From Planctomycetota bacterium (GTDB lineage Bacteria; Planctomycetota; UBA1135; UBA2386), in assembly GCA_019636245.1 (NCBI GenBank), contig JAHBXX010000002.1:98586-162585 (forward strand): a stretch of 64,000 nucleotides of DNA, written 5' to 3'. Each line of letters begins with the position of its first letter. Positions within the stretch are counted from its first letter, which is position 1. Below are positions 8,765-19,623 of this stretch, piece by piece. Made by a program: the position numbers and the translations under genes. Under the pieces are notes generated by a model. That model searched no databases, had not been told where the DNA came from, and saw nothing but the letters and a program-made list of their open reading frames with translations.

Positions 8765-8996
8765 CGCGTCGCGTCGCGGCGGGGGATCTTTCGGATCGGC
8801 GGCGACGGCTACTTGTTCAGGACATGGAGATCGGCGGCGGACGGGAGACGCGATGCAGGACGGTCGACCGGCGCCGCCGATGGCATGGAGCCGGCGCCGC
8901 CAGTGGCCGGAGGGTGCCCCCGGCCGTGGGACCGGCAGTCTACACGCCCCTGCCGGCCGATCGCCAACGGCCACCGCGGCGCGACCTGACGCGGGT

Positions 8997-10637
<1,641 letters not shown>

Positions 10638-10715
10638 CGGCGTAGCGTGGCCGCGAGGGCCGGGCGGCGCAAGCGGCGCCGGCGGGCGGGCGTTCGCGTG
10701 GTGCCGCATGGCGGG

Positions 10716-11387
10716 TCACTCGTCCCGCAGCTGCTGCAGGACCTCGCGTCGCTGCTCCGGATCCCGGCGGAACACGCCGGCGAACCACGTCGTCTCGGTC
10801 GCCGACCCGGTCTTGCCGACCCCGCGCGTCGTCATGCAGTGGTGCTCGGCGACGATCCGCACGGCGACGCCGCGCGGCTGCAGCGCCCGCTCGAGCGCGC
10901 CGCCGATCTGCGCGGTCAGACGTTCCTGGACTTGCAGTCGCCTGGCGAAGACGTCGACCAGCCGGGCCAGCTTGCTGAGGCCGACGACCCGCTCGGCGGG
11001 CAGGTAGGCGACGGCGGCATGGCCGCGGAAGGGCACCATGTGGTGCTCGCAGTGGGAGAGGACCTCGATGCCGCGGACCACCACGACGTCCTCGTAGCCA
11101 TCGAGCTCGCCGAACGTCTTCGCCAGCAGGGCCTCGACGTCGGCGCCGTAGCCGGCGAAGAACTCGCGGTAGGCGCGCAGCACCCGCGCTGGCGTCTCGC
11201 GCAGGCCTTCGCGGTCCGGATCCTCGCCGATCCAGGCCAGCAAGGTGCGCACGGCCGAGAGCGCCTGCTCCTGGGTCGGTCGCACGTCGGGTCCGGCCGG
11301 CAGCTGCACGGCGCGCAGGCGGGGCGGTTGGGCATCGGCGACAGCGGTCGGCTCCAGCCGGTTCCGGCGTTCGGGCAGCGCGTGCAT
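10716..11387 (-). CDS. folE: GTP cyclohydrolase I
   Basis: LRETPARVLRAYREFFAGY, SHCEHHMVPFRG, VGLSKLARLVDVFARRLQVQERLT and EHHCMTTRGV are classic FolE motifs. The start is ambiguous (ATG 11387 or GTG/ATG 11450). Confidence 0.9.
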   Translation of the reverse strand: MHALPERRNRLEPTAVADAQPPRLRAVQLPAGPDVRPTQEQALSAVRTLLAWIGEDPDREGLRETPARVLRAYREFFAGYGADVEALLAKTFGELDGYEDVVVVRGIEVLSHCEHHMVPFRGHAAVAYLPAERVVGLSKLARLVDVFARRLQVQERLTAQIGGALERALQPRGVAVRIVAEHHCMTTRGVGKTGSATETTWFAGVFRRDPEQRREVLQQLRDE

Positions 11388-11522
11388 GCGGCGACGTTCG
11401 CCAACGACGCGGAGCCGGATGCACGGCGGTCTGGCCCGCAGCCGCGCCACGGCGAGGTCACCGGCCTCGCTGGCGCGCGACCGCCCTCGGCGAGCCCACC
11501 GCCGGCCGCCGCCCGCTGCCGT

Positions 11523-12830
11523 TCAGCGATCGTGCCGCACTTCGCGGGCCGCACGCTCCGCCAGCTCCGCGAACACGTTGGTCCGCTCGAGAGGCAACTG
11601 GAACGCATCGGCGAACCTCGTCATGTAGTTGCACCAGGCGACGTGGTAGACCAGATCGGCGGCGCGTTCGGCGCCGAACGTCGCCGCCAGCAGCGCACGA
11701 TCGTCGGCCGAGAACGACGCCGGTGCACGGCTGAGCCGGTGCGCCGCGGCGAACGCGATCCGCTCCTCGGGAGCGAACGTCGTCCACTCGCCCCGCGCCA
11801 GGCGTTGCGCCAATCCCTCGACATCGTTCTCCGGCAGGCCCGCGACCGCGAGCAGCATTTCGCTGTGGCCCATTCAATAGAAGCAGTCGTTGGTGCGTGT
11901 CACGACCCAGAACACCGAGTTGGCGAACACGCGATCGAGGTTCGCTTCGGCCTGGAAGGCATACAGGCAGGCGAACCACGCCCGCGTCAGTCCCGGCTGG
12001 TAGCCGTAGCCGACACGGCTCCAGACCACCAACTCCGATTGCCGTCGCTCGCGTTCGGTGAGGCCTTGCAGCCGCTCGTCCTCGGGCAGCGGCATCCGCA
12101 AGGGCCGCTGCCGCTGGCCATCCTTGGCCGCGAGGAGGTCCGCCCAGCGGCGCTCGCCCCACGCAGGCAGGTCCACCACGGGCGAACCACCGGAGCCGGC
12201 CGGCGCGGCCACGGGCAGGCGCCGCGTCGAGGGCCGTGCGGCCGTTCCCGCCGCCGCCAGCAGCGCCGCCGGCACGATCGGCGTGGCATCGTGCACGCCC
12301 AGGCCGAACACGATGCGGCAGAGGAAGTTCGCATAGGCGATCGAATGCACGATCGCGGTGGCGCGCTCGGCCCCGAACTGCGCCAGCAGCGCCGCGAACT
12401 GCGCCTCGGGGATCGCATGGCCGGCCTCGGTCAGCTGGCGCGCGAACTCGACGGCGACGGTCTCGGCGTCGGGCCCCGGGTCGGCAGCAGGCCCGGCCGT
12501 GGCCGCCCGGCGCAGGTCGGACTCGGCCGCCGCCGCGACGGGATCGCAACCCAGCGCACGCGCGACGGTGAGCCGGAGGCGGGCGGCAAGTTCGTTGCCG
12601 AGCGGGTTGTGTTCCCGATGCAAGCCGTCGAGCGCCAGCAGGTTCCTGGTCGTCGCCGGCAACGGATCCGCGAGCACACCGGCCCAGGCGGGCAGGGCGA
12701 CCGCCGCGGGCAGTCCCAGCCGCGTGGCTGCAGGCACAGGAGATGCCGGGGACATGGTCTGGCAGGCAGGGAACGCCGTCGCGACGGCGATCAGGATGGC
12801 GGCGACAGCGCGCACGAGGCCCGAGAGCAT
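11523..12830 (-). CDS. Secreted AhpD/carboxymuconolactone-decarboxylase-like protein with an in-frame TGA at 11874-11876 (candidate selenocysteine CxxU, otherwise a disrupted gene)
   Basis: Track ORFs 11874..13127 and 11523..11873 are in the same frame, separated only by TGA: NDCFY-TGA-MGHSEML. That is the CxxC...H redox motif position of the CMD/AhpD fold. The N-terminus is trimmed to ATG 12830 (MLSGLVRAVAAILIAVATAFPAC, a signal peptide). GC3 is high on both sides of the TGA. Confidence 0.55.
11838..11853 (-). other. Candidate SECIS-like hairpin downstream of the in-frame TGA
   Basis: The minus-strand RNA is GCUCGC-GGUC-GCGGGC: a 6-bp stem including one G-U pair, with an apical GGUC loop. 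It lies 21-36 nt 3' of the UGA. GC-rich hairpins arise easily by chance in this DNA. Confidence 0.3.
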
Positions 12831-12870
12831 AGGGCCCAGGGTCGCGCCGCGCCTCGGAGCATGCCTGGCC

Positions 12871-14400
12871 TCACACCGCCAGCACGCCGACCGCGCGCTC
12901 GGCCGCGGCCACCAGCGTGCCGTCGACGACCAGCTGTTCCGCGGTGGCGAGGTCGGGCGCCAGGTAGCGGTCGCCGTCGAGGCCGCGCACGCGCCGCCGC
13001 AGGGCCCGGTGGGCTGCTTGCACGCCCGCGCCCGGCCGCAGCTTCCCGCCCAGGTCGAGCCCCTGCGCCGCGCACAGGAACTCGATGCCGAGCACCTTCG
13101 CCGTGTTGGCGACCACTCGCTCGGCATGCCGCGCGGCCGTGACCCCCATCGACACGTGGTCCTCGCGGTTCGCCGAGGTCGGGATCGTGTCGACGCTGGC
13201 CGGATGCGCGAGGCTCTTGTTCTCGCTGGCCAGCGCCGCCGCGACCACCTGCGGGATCATGAAGCCGCTCTCCAGCCCCGGATTGCGGGCCAGGAACGGC
13301 GGCAGCCCCGAGATGTCCGGGTTGACGAGCTGCTCGATGCGGCGCTCGCTGATGTTCGCCAGCGTGCTGACGGCGATGGCCAGGAAGTCGAGCGCCTGGC
13401 TCACCGGCTGGCCGTGGAAGTTGCCGCCGCTCACGACTTCGCCGTTCGGGAACACCAGCGGATTGTCGGTCACCGAATTGGCCTCGGTGACCAGCACCTC
13501 GACCGCGAAGCGGATGCCGTCCTTCGCCGCGCCGTGCACCTGGGGCGCGCAGCGCAGGGAATAGGCGTCCTGCACCTTCGCGCAGTCGGCATGGCTCGGC
13601 ACGATCCTGCTGTCGCGCAGCAGCGCCCGCAGGTTCGCCGCCGTGGCCTCCTGCCCCACGTGCGGCCGCAAGGCGTGCACACGCGCCTGGAACGGCTTCT
13701 CGCTGCCGCGCAGCGCCTCGACCGTCATCGCGCAGGCGACGTCGGCGGCCTTGGCCACCCGCAAGGCGCGGTGCAGCGCGAGGCAGCCGATCGCCGTCAT
13801 GATCTGCGTGCCGTTGATCAGGGCCAGGCCCTCCTTCTCGCGCAGCTGCAGCGGCTCGCGGCCGAGGCGCCGCAGGGCGGCGGCGCCGGCAAGACGCCGG
13901 GAGCCGTCCCAGACCTCGCCCTCGCCGAGCAGCGGCAGCGCCATGTGGCTGAGCGGCGCCAGGTCGCCCGACGCTCCGACGGATCCCTGGCTCGGCACCA
14001 CCGGCACGTAGCCGCCGTTCCACAGCGCCATCGCCTGCTCGAGCAGGGCCGGGCGCACACCGGAGCAGCCGAGCGCCAGGTTGTGGATGCGCAGCGCGAA
14101 CGCGAGCCGGGTCTGGTCGGGCGGCAACGGCTCGCCGACGCCCGTCGCATGGCTCAGCAGCAGGTTACGCTGCAGCTGCGCCAGCTGCTCGTCCGGGATG
14201 CGCACCCCCGCGAGCTTGCCGAAGCCGGTGTTGATGCCATACATCGTCGCGCCGTCGCGGACGGCGCCCTCGACGACGGCCCGGCTGGCCGCCACCCGCT
14301 TGCGGGCCGCCGGGGACAGCGCGATGCGCGCCTCGGGGCGGCTCAGTTCGACCAACGTGGAGAGCGGGAGCGTCGGGTCGCCGAGCTGGATCCTGGCCAC
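12871..14400 (-). CDS. hutH: Histidine ammonia-lyase
   Basis: YGINTGFGKLA and the MIO-forming GSVGASGDLAPLSH motif are present, along with NPLVF and REDHVSMG. The start is a GTG. Confidence 0.93.
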   Translation of the reverse strand: MARIQLGDPTLPLSTLVELSRPEARIALSPAARKRVAASRAVVEGAVRDGATMYGINTGFGKLAGVRIPDEQLAQLQRNLLLSHATGVGEPLPPDQTRLAFALRIHNLALGCSGVRPALLEQAMALWNGGYVPVVPSQGSVGASGDLAPLSHMALPLLGEGEVWDGSRRLAGAAALRRLGREPLQLREKEGLALINGTQIMTAIGCLALHRALRVAKAADVACAMTVEALRGSEKPFQARVHALRPHVGQEATAANLRALLRDSRIVPSHADCAKVQDAYSLRCAPQVHGAAKDGIRFAVEVLVTEANSVTDNPLVFPNGEVVSGGNFHGQPVSQALDFLAIAVSTLANISERRIEQLVNPDISGLPPFLARNPGLESGFMIPQVVAAALASENKSLAHPASVDTIPTSANREDHVSMGVTAARHAERVVANTAKVLGIEFLCAAQGLDLGGKLRPGAGVQAAHRALRRRVRGLDGDRYLAPDLATAEQLVVDGTLVAAAERAVGVLAV

Positions 14401-14452
14401 GCCGCGAACCTAGCCAGCGCCGCCGGGCGCGGCAAGGAACGTCGCCGGTGGA

Positions 14453-14872
14453 TCAGTGCGATGCCGACTCGAGCGTCAGCGGCGGCGCCGTCGGCACCAG
14501 GAAGAAGCGGCCCACGCGCACCTGGAAGCGCGAGCCGTCGTCGCGCTCGAAGGTGTAGCTGCCCTCCATCGTCCCCCACGCGGTCGGCAGCGGGCAGTAG
14601 CTGACATAGGCGTAGCTCTCCCCGACGCCGAGCTTCGGCTGTTCGCCGACGACGCCGCGGCCGCGGGTCTCCTCGCGCCGGCCATCAGCGTCGACGATGA
14701 TCCAATGGCGCGACAGCAACTTCGCGGGCGCCTCGCCGACGTTGTGCATCGTGATCTTGTAGCGGAACACGAAGCGTCCGCTCTTGGGCTCCGACTCCTG
14801 CGGCCGGAACTCGGCCGCGGCCTGGATGCGGATGCCCTGCGTCGTCGTGTCCGAGTGCGGCGTGTTGGTCAT
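14453..14872 (-). CDS. apaG: ApaG-domain protein
   Basis: 139 aa. FVFRYKITMHNVGEAPAKLLSRHWIIVDADGRREETRGRGVVGEQP...GESYAYVSYCPL...GTMEGSYTF is the typical ApaG/DUF525 pattern. The track ORF is trimmed to ATG 14872. Confidence 0.88.
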   Translation of the reverse strand: MTNTPHSDTTTQGIRIQAAAEFRPQESEPKSGRFVFRYKITMHNVGEAPAKLLSRHWIIVDADGRREETRGRGVVGEQPKLGVGESYAYVSYCPLPTAWGTMEGSYTFERDDGSRFQVRVGRFFLVPTAPPLTLESASH

Positions 14873-14928
14873 GGCCGGATGCGCTGGCGGAGGATAGGCG
14901 GAACGCCGCCATTTGCGAGGCCCCCTCG

Positions 14929-15297
14929 TCAGTGGCCGTGCGCCTTGGCGCCGCGCGCGAACTCGAGTTTCCCGTCGGCCGAACCGAGCTCCATCTGCGC
15001 CCCGCGCACGCTGCCCGTCCACGTGTCGGCCTTGCCGGCGCCCAGCAACGGGCCCTTGACCGTGAGGGCCGCCGCGGTCGCGTCCCACGCGTAGGTCACG
15101 CCCTCGATGTCGTCGTGGGTGCCGTCCGGCCGCGGCGCGCCGTGCACCACCACCCGGCTGCCGCCGAGTTCGAACTCCAGCACCATGCCCGTGCCGCCGC
15201 CGGGCAGCTTCTGCCCCCAGCCGCCGGCGAGAGGATGGTCGCTGCTGCAGGCAGCCAAGAGGAGGAACAGGACGGACCAGGGGGTGCGACGGTGCAT
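14929..15297 (-). CDS. Small lipoprotein, unknown function
   Basis: MHRRTPWSVLFLLLAACSSD has a signal peptide plus lipobox (LAAC). 122 aa with coding-like GC3. The track ORF is trimmed to ATG 15297. Confidence 0.6.
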   Translation of the reverse strand: MHRRTPWSVLFLLLAACSSDHPLAGGWGQKLPGGGTGMVLEFELGGSRVVVHGAPRPDGTHDDIEGVTYAWDATAAALTVKGPLLGAGKADTWTGSVRGAQMELGSADGKLEFARGAKAHGH

Positions 15298-15309
15298 CGG
15301 TTCGTGGTT

Positions 15310-15353
15310 TCGGGCGCGGGGCGGCGGCGACGATTGTCGGGCGCGGGGCGGCG
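15310..15353. repeat. 17-bp direct repeat x2 in a divergent promoter region
   Basis: TCGGGCGCGGGGCGGCG occurs at 15310-15326 and again at 15337-15353 (27-bp phase). It lies between the lipoprotein gene (start 15297, minus) and tpx (start 15445, plus). Confidence 0.5.
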
Positions 15354-15444
15354 AGCGCCACCCCCAGGCCACCGGGAAATGCGCCCGCGGTCCGACCGCC
15401 AGCGACCGCTGGTCCCGGATGCCGAGCCGCCCTAGCCTGCGGCC

Positions 15445-15945
15445 ATGGCCAGGATCACGTTGAAGGGCAATCCCATCCACACGGTCGGCGACCTGCCCCG
15501 GGTAGGCGCCTCGGCACCCGACTTCACGCTGGTCAAGACCGACCTCGCGCCGATCGGCAAGAGCGACCTCGCCGGCAAGAAGGTCGTGCTGAACATCTTC
15601 CCCAGCATCGACACCGCCGTGTGCGCCACGTCCGTGCGGCGGTTCCACGAGCAGGCCGCGGCGCTGCCGAACACGGTCGTGCTGTGCGTGTCGAGGGATC
15701 TGCCGTTCGCGATGAAGCGCTTCTGCGGCGCCGAGGGACTCGATCGCGTCGTCCCGGCGAGCTGGTTCCGTGGGCCGGACTTCGGCCGCGACTACGGCGT
15801 CACGATGGTCGACGGACCGCTGGCCGGCCTGTTCGCCCGCGCCGTGGTCGTGCTCGACGGCAGCGGCAAGGTCGTGCACGCCGAACTGGTGCCCGAGATC
15901 GCCCAGGAACCCGACTACGCGCGCGCCACCGCCGCGGTGCGGTGA
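15445..15945 (+). CDS. tpx: Thiol peroxidase (atypical 2-Cys peroxiredoxin)
   Basis: The match to Tpx runs the full length: APDFTLV, VLNIFPSIDTAVCATS (peroxidatic Cys), SRDLPFAMKRFCGAEG (resolving Cys), ARAVVVLD. Confidence 0.92.
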   Translation: MARITLKGNPIHTVGDLPRVGASAPDFTLVKTDLAPIGKSDLAGKKVVLNIFPSIDTAVCATSVRRFHEQAAALPNTVVLCVSRDLPFAMKRFCGAEGLDRVVPASWFRGPDFGRDYGVTMVDGPLAGLFARAVVVLDGSGKVVHAELVPEIAQEPDYARATAAVR

Positions 15946-16022
15946 CCGGGCACGCCGGGCGGTCGGGCGCGGCGGTGCCGGCCCGGGGCAGAGCCACTCA
16001 AGCCGAGCGGCCCGACCGACCG

Positions 16023-16748
16023 ATGCCATCGCGGCCTCGCCGCGCCCAGCGGACCGGAGGCGTTACCGTGCCGGCAACCAGCACCACCCGCCAACCTGCA
16101 CCCTGCCCGCCGCTGCCGGCGTCGGCACCGTGCGTGCACCTCGTCGACGACGAGCCGACCATCCAGGCGGTGTTCCGCCGCCTGGCGGCGGAACACGGCT
16201 GGCAACTGCGCGTGCACGGTTCGATCGCCGCGTTCGAGGCCCGGTCGCCGCAGGACCGCCCCAGCTGCGTGGTGCTCGACCTGGAGCTGCCCGACGGCAG
16301 CGGCCTCGACGTCCTCGAGCGGTTGCTCGGCCAGGACGACCCGCCGCCGGTGGTCTTCATCAGCGGCGTGGCCAGCGTGCCGCAGGCCGTGCGGGCCGTG
16401 CAGCTCGGCAGCGTCGACTTCGTCGAGAAACCGTTCCCGCCGGCCAGCATGCAAGCCACCGTCGCGCGGGCGATCGAGGTGGATCGGCAGCGGCGGCAGG
16501 CCACCGCCGAGCACGCGCACCTCGTGCAGCGCTTCGCGCGGTTGTCGCCACGCGAACGCGAGGTGCTGCACCTCGTGGCCCAGGGCGCCGCCAACAAGGA
16601 CGTGGCGGAGCGGCTGGGTCTGAGCCTGAAGACGGTCGAGGCCCACCGCGGCCGCGTGATGCGCAAGACGGCCGCGGGCTCGCTCGCCGAACTCGTCCGC
16701 CTGCATCTCGCCGTCTACGGCGCCCGGGGCGCCGACCGCAGGCCCTGA
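16023..16748 (+). CDS. FixJ/NarL(LuxR)-family response regulator, orphan
   Basis: The receiver domain shows VHLVDDEP...VVLDLELPDGSG...DFVEKPF. The C-terminal HTH shows LSPREREVLHLVAQGAANKDVAERLGLSLKTVEAHRGRVMRK. The start is uncertain (ATG 16023 or a downstream GTG). No histidine kinase is adjacent. Confidence 0.85.
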   Translation: MPSRPRRAQRTGGVTVPATSTTRQPAPCPPLPASAPCVHLVDDEPTIQAVFRRLAAEHGWQLRVHGSIAAFEARSPQDRPSCVVLDLELPDGSGLDVLERLLGQDDPPPVVFISGVASVPQAVRAVQLGSVDFVEKPFPPASMQATVARAIEVDRQRRQATAEHAHLVQRFARLSPREREVLHLVAQGAANKDVAERLGLSLKTVEAHRGRVMRKTAAGSLAELVRLHLAVYGARGADRRP

Positions 16749-16798
16749 CCGCGCCCTGCCGCCGACCGGCCGTCAGGCCGCGGCGGGTGCGGGCACCC

Positions 16799-17572
16799 CT
16801 AGTAGAGCAGGGTCGCCAGCCGACGCCGGAAGCCGTCGAGCCGTTCGTCGTCCTCGCCGACCAGCTGGAAGCACAACAGCATCGCCTGCCGGGCGAGGCC
16901 AGAGCGGAAGCCGCGGTCGGCGGCGACCGACGCCAGCCCTCGCTCCATCGCCCCCTCCAGATCCCCCGCCAGGAGCTGCTGGCGCGCGGCCCACAGCGCC
17001 GCTTCCGCCGGCGGGCCGCTGCTCGCCAGCGGCGCCTCGAACAGCGCCAGCCCCTGCCGCAGCCGCTCGGCCGCGCCGTGACGCTCGTCCTCCTCGGGAA
17101 TGCCCTCGAGCAGCGTGCGCGCGGCCGCGGCATCGCCCGTCCGGGCGGCGGCCAGCGCCCGTTCGAAGCGGGCCGCCGGGCTGTTCGGATCGACGGGCGC
17201 CGCCGGCGCCGGCGCCGGCACGGCGGCCAGCGGCGTGATGCCGTTGCGCTCGAGGAACTTGCGGACCTCGGCCTCGGGCAGGGCACCCTGGAAGGCATCG
17301 ACCGGGCGCCCGCCGTCGAGCAGCACGCAGAACGGAATGCCCTGGACGCCGAACGCGTAGGCGAGGTCTTGTTCGCGCTCGGTGTCGACCTTGCCGAGGT
17401 GGAACGCCCCGCCGTAGTCGGCGGCCAGGCGTTCCAGCACCGGCCCGAGGGTGCGGCACGGTCCACACCAGGCGGCCCAGAAGTCGAGCAGCACCGGGGT
17501 CGTCATCGACCGCTCGACGACGTCACGCTGGAACCCGGCTGCCGTCACATCCTGCACGTAGGTCGCTGGCAT
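16799..17572 (-). CDS. Thioredoxin-domain protein with C-terminal TPR-like domain (YbbN/CnoX-like architecture)
   Basis: LLDFWAAWCGPCRTLGP is the Trx active site. The helical C-terminal half resembles YbbN-type proteins. The track ORF is trimmed to ATG 17572. Confidence 0.85.
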   Translation of the reverse strand: MPATYVQDVTAAGFQRDVVERSMTTPVLLDFWAAWCGPCRTLGPVLERLAADYGGAFHLGKVDTEREQDLAYAFGVQGIPFCVLLDGGRPVDAFQGALPEAEVRKFLERNGITPLAAVPAPAPAAPVDPNSPAARFERALAAARTGDAAAARTLLEGIPEEDERHGAAERLRQGLALFEAPLASSGPPAEAALWAARQQLLAGDLEGAMERGLASVAADRGFRSGLARQAMLLCFQLVGEDDERLDGFRRRLATLLY

Positions 17573-17801
17573 GGCCCGTTCGTAGGAGCCAGCCCGACCG
17601 CCGTCAATGCAGCGCGGCGGCATCGTTACGCCGGCACCACGAACGGCGGCGGCGGCCAGGGCAACCGGCCCGGAACGGCGGCGGCACGCACCTTGCGATG
17701 GCAGCGCACCAGTCCGAGGCCAGTGCATCCCATGGGACGGGATGCGCGAGAGAGAGGCGACCTGGCCTCGGACTGGCATCTCCGCCCGGGCGGGCGTCGC
17801 C

Positions 17802-18608
17802 TCAGGCGGGCGGCGGCGCGACGGCGGCCAGCAGGGCGTCGATCAGTTCGAGCACGCCGAAACCCAGGGCCAGGCACCCGGCCTGCACGGCCAACGCCAG
17901 CGCCGCTCCCCCCCGGCCCAGACCGAACAGCTGGCGCAGGCCGAACACGGCCAACGCCGGGTTGCCGATCAGCATGGCGAAGGTGGCGACGTGCAGCGAA
18001 GGCACCAGGGCAGCCTGCAGCAGGCCGGTGACGCCATACCAGGCGGCCATCGCCATGCTGGCGCCGAACGCGGGTGCCTCGGCGCCCACGACGCGCACCG
18101 AGAGGTGGACGACCAGCGACAACCACGCGAGCAGGAACAGTCCGCCGCTGATCCACTGGGCCGGGCTCGTCGGCACCAGCCACGGATAGGCCTCGTCGAC
18201 CGCCTGCAGCCGCTGCCACAAGCGCGACCGATGGCGCAGGTCGTGCGGCACGGCGGCGGGATCGCTTGCGGCCACCGGGGCGGGCCGTGGCCCACGGCGC
18301 TTCGCCGGTGGCGCCGGCCGCGGCGCGGGGGGTTCGCTGGCGGCGGTCTCACCGAGCGGCGCCGCCGGCTCCGCCGCGACCGCGGCCGGCGGTGGTTCGT
18401 CGTCGTCGAACCTGCAGTTGACGATGTCCGGCGTCCGCAGCACCACCACCTCGCCGTCGACGCGCAGTTGCAGCGACCCGAGGTCGATGCCCACCACGGT
18501 GCCGGTCAGCACGCGGCCGTCGTCCAGGGTGACGGTGGCCGGCCGCTCCTGCGCCAGGAGTCCCGTGGCGGCGAGGCTGGCGAGCAGGATGGCGGCGAAG
18601 CGAGCCAT
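17802..18608 (-). CDS. Membrane protein, unknown function (signal peptide, small beta domain, Pro/Ala linker, multi-TM C-terminus)
   Basis: MARFAAILLASLAATGLLAQ is signal-like. The C-terminus has hydrophobic segments (GGLFLLAWLSLVVHL, AMAAWYGVTGLLQAALV, ALALAVQAGCLALGFGVLELI). The 574-codon track ORF is trimmed to ATG 18608. Confidence 0.55.
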   Translation of the reverse strand: MARFAAILLASLAATGLLAQERPATVTLDDGRVLTGTVVGIDLGSLQLRVDGEVVVLRTPDIVNCRFDDDEPPPAAVAAEPAAPLGETAASEPPAPRPAPPAKRRGPRPAPVAASDPAAVPHDLRHRSRLWQRLQAVDEAYPWLVPTSPAQWISGGLFLLAWLSLVVHLSVRVVGAEAPAFGASMAMAAWYGVTGLLQAALVPSLHVATFAMLIGNPALAVFGLRQLFGLGRGGAALALAVQAGCLALGFGVLELIDALLAAVAPPPA

Positions 18609-18743
18609 GACCACAGATCGTCCGCGCCACGGCGCACCTTGAGGCCGGCCGCCCCGGGGCCGATTGCGCCGATGCCGGCGGCAGCGCGGCCACCGGACCG
18701 CTAGGCTGCCGGCCGGTCTTCGGTCCGAACCAACCCCCTCCGC

Positions 18744-19604
18744 ATGCCGGCCCCCCTGCTCCTGATCGCCCTGGCGCTGGGCGCGCCCCAGGATCCGCCG
18801 CCCCGGGTGGCGGACGACCTGCGCGCCCTCGCCGCCCGCGTCGACGCCGCCCATCGTCCGCGTGGCCCCGTGCCCGAGGTGACCGCGTTCCGCAGCCACA
18901 TCGAACTCCACCTGCTGGATGCCGACCAGCAGCGCGGCGGCCAGGTCGACCTGGCGGTCCAGTTCCTGCTCTGGCGCCCGCCGGGCCGCGACCGGCCCCG
19001 GTCGCTGATCCGCTACGACGTGCTCGAGGCCGGGTCGCCGATCGTGCGCGGCCGCGACCGCAACGGCCCCTGGCAGCTGTTCCAGGGCGAGGCGCAGGAT
19101 CTGCACAAGGCCGAGTTCGCCGACGACCTCGCCGCGTGCGACCAGCACACCAACCTGGCGCGCCAGCTGCTGCGCTGCCTGGATCCCGGCGCCGTGCTGC
19201 GCTCCCTGGCGGCGCCCGGCCCCGTGCACGAGGAGGTGCTCGCCCTCGACCGCAACGCCCGCATCGACTGCCAGACCGTCGCGGGCGACCTGCCGGCGTT
19301 CCCGCTGCTGCAACAGGGTGGCGAGGACGCGCCCGTGCGCCTCAAGGTGTTCGTGCGCAAGGACGACGGGCGGCTGCTGGCGATCGAGGCGGTGCCGCTG
19401 GTCGACGGAGCGCCGGACGCGGCACGACTCGAGCGCGTGCACCTGCTCGAGCTGCACGAACAGGACGACCTGCTGGTGCCGCGCCGCATCGTGCACCTGT
19501 TCCGCAAGGCCGACGGCAGACTGCATCCGCAGTCGCGCGCGGTGCTGACTTCGCTGTCGCTGCGTCCCGAGCTGGGCGCGGCCGACTTCGACCGCCCGCG
19601 CTGA
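18744..19604 (+). CDS. Secreted hypothetical protein
   Basis: MPAPLLLIALALGAPQ is signal-like. Composition is balanced and non-repetitive, with high GC3. I recognise no family. Confidence 0.55.
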   Translation: MPAPLLLIALALGAPQDPPPRVADDLRALAARVDAAHRPRGPVPEVTAFRSHIELHLLDADQQRGGQVDLAVQFLLWRPPGRDRPRSLIRYDVLEAGSPIVRGRDRNGPWQLFQGEAQDLHKAEFADDLAACDQHTNLARQLLRCLDPGAVLRSLAAPGPVHEEVLALDRNARIDCQTVAGDLPAFPLLQQGGEDAPVRLKVFVRKDDGRLLAIEAVPLVDGAPDAARLERVHLLELHEQDDLLVPRRIVHLFRKADGRLHPQSRAVLTSLSLRPELGAADFDRPR

Positions 19605-19623
19605 GCCGGACGCCCGTCCGACC

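Noticed and set aside
11853-11865. Alternative SECIS candidate CAGC-GAAAU-GCUG, 9-21 nt after the in-frame TGA
   Set aside because: The stem has only 4 bp and lies closer to the UGA than typical bacterial SECIS elements. The 11838-11853 hairpin fits better, and even that one is tentative.
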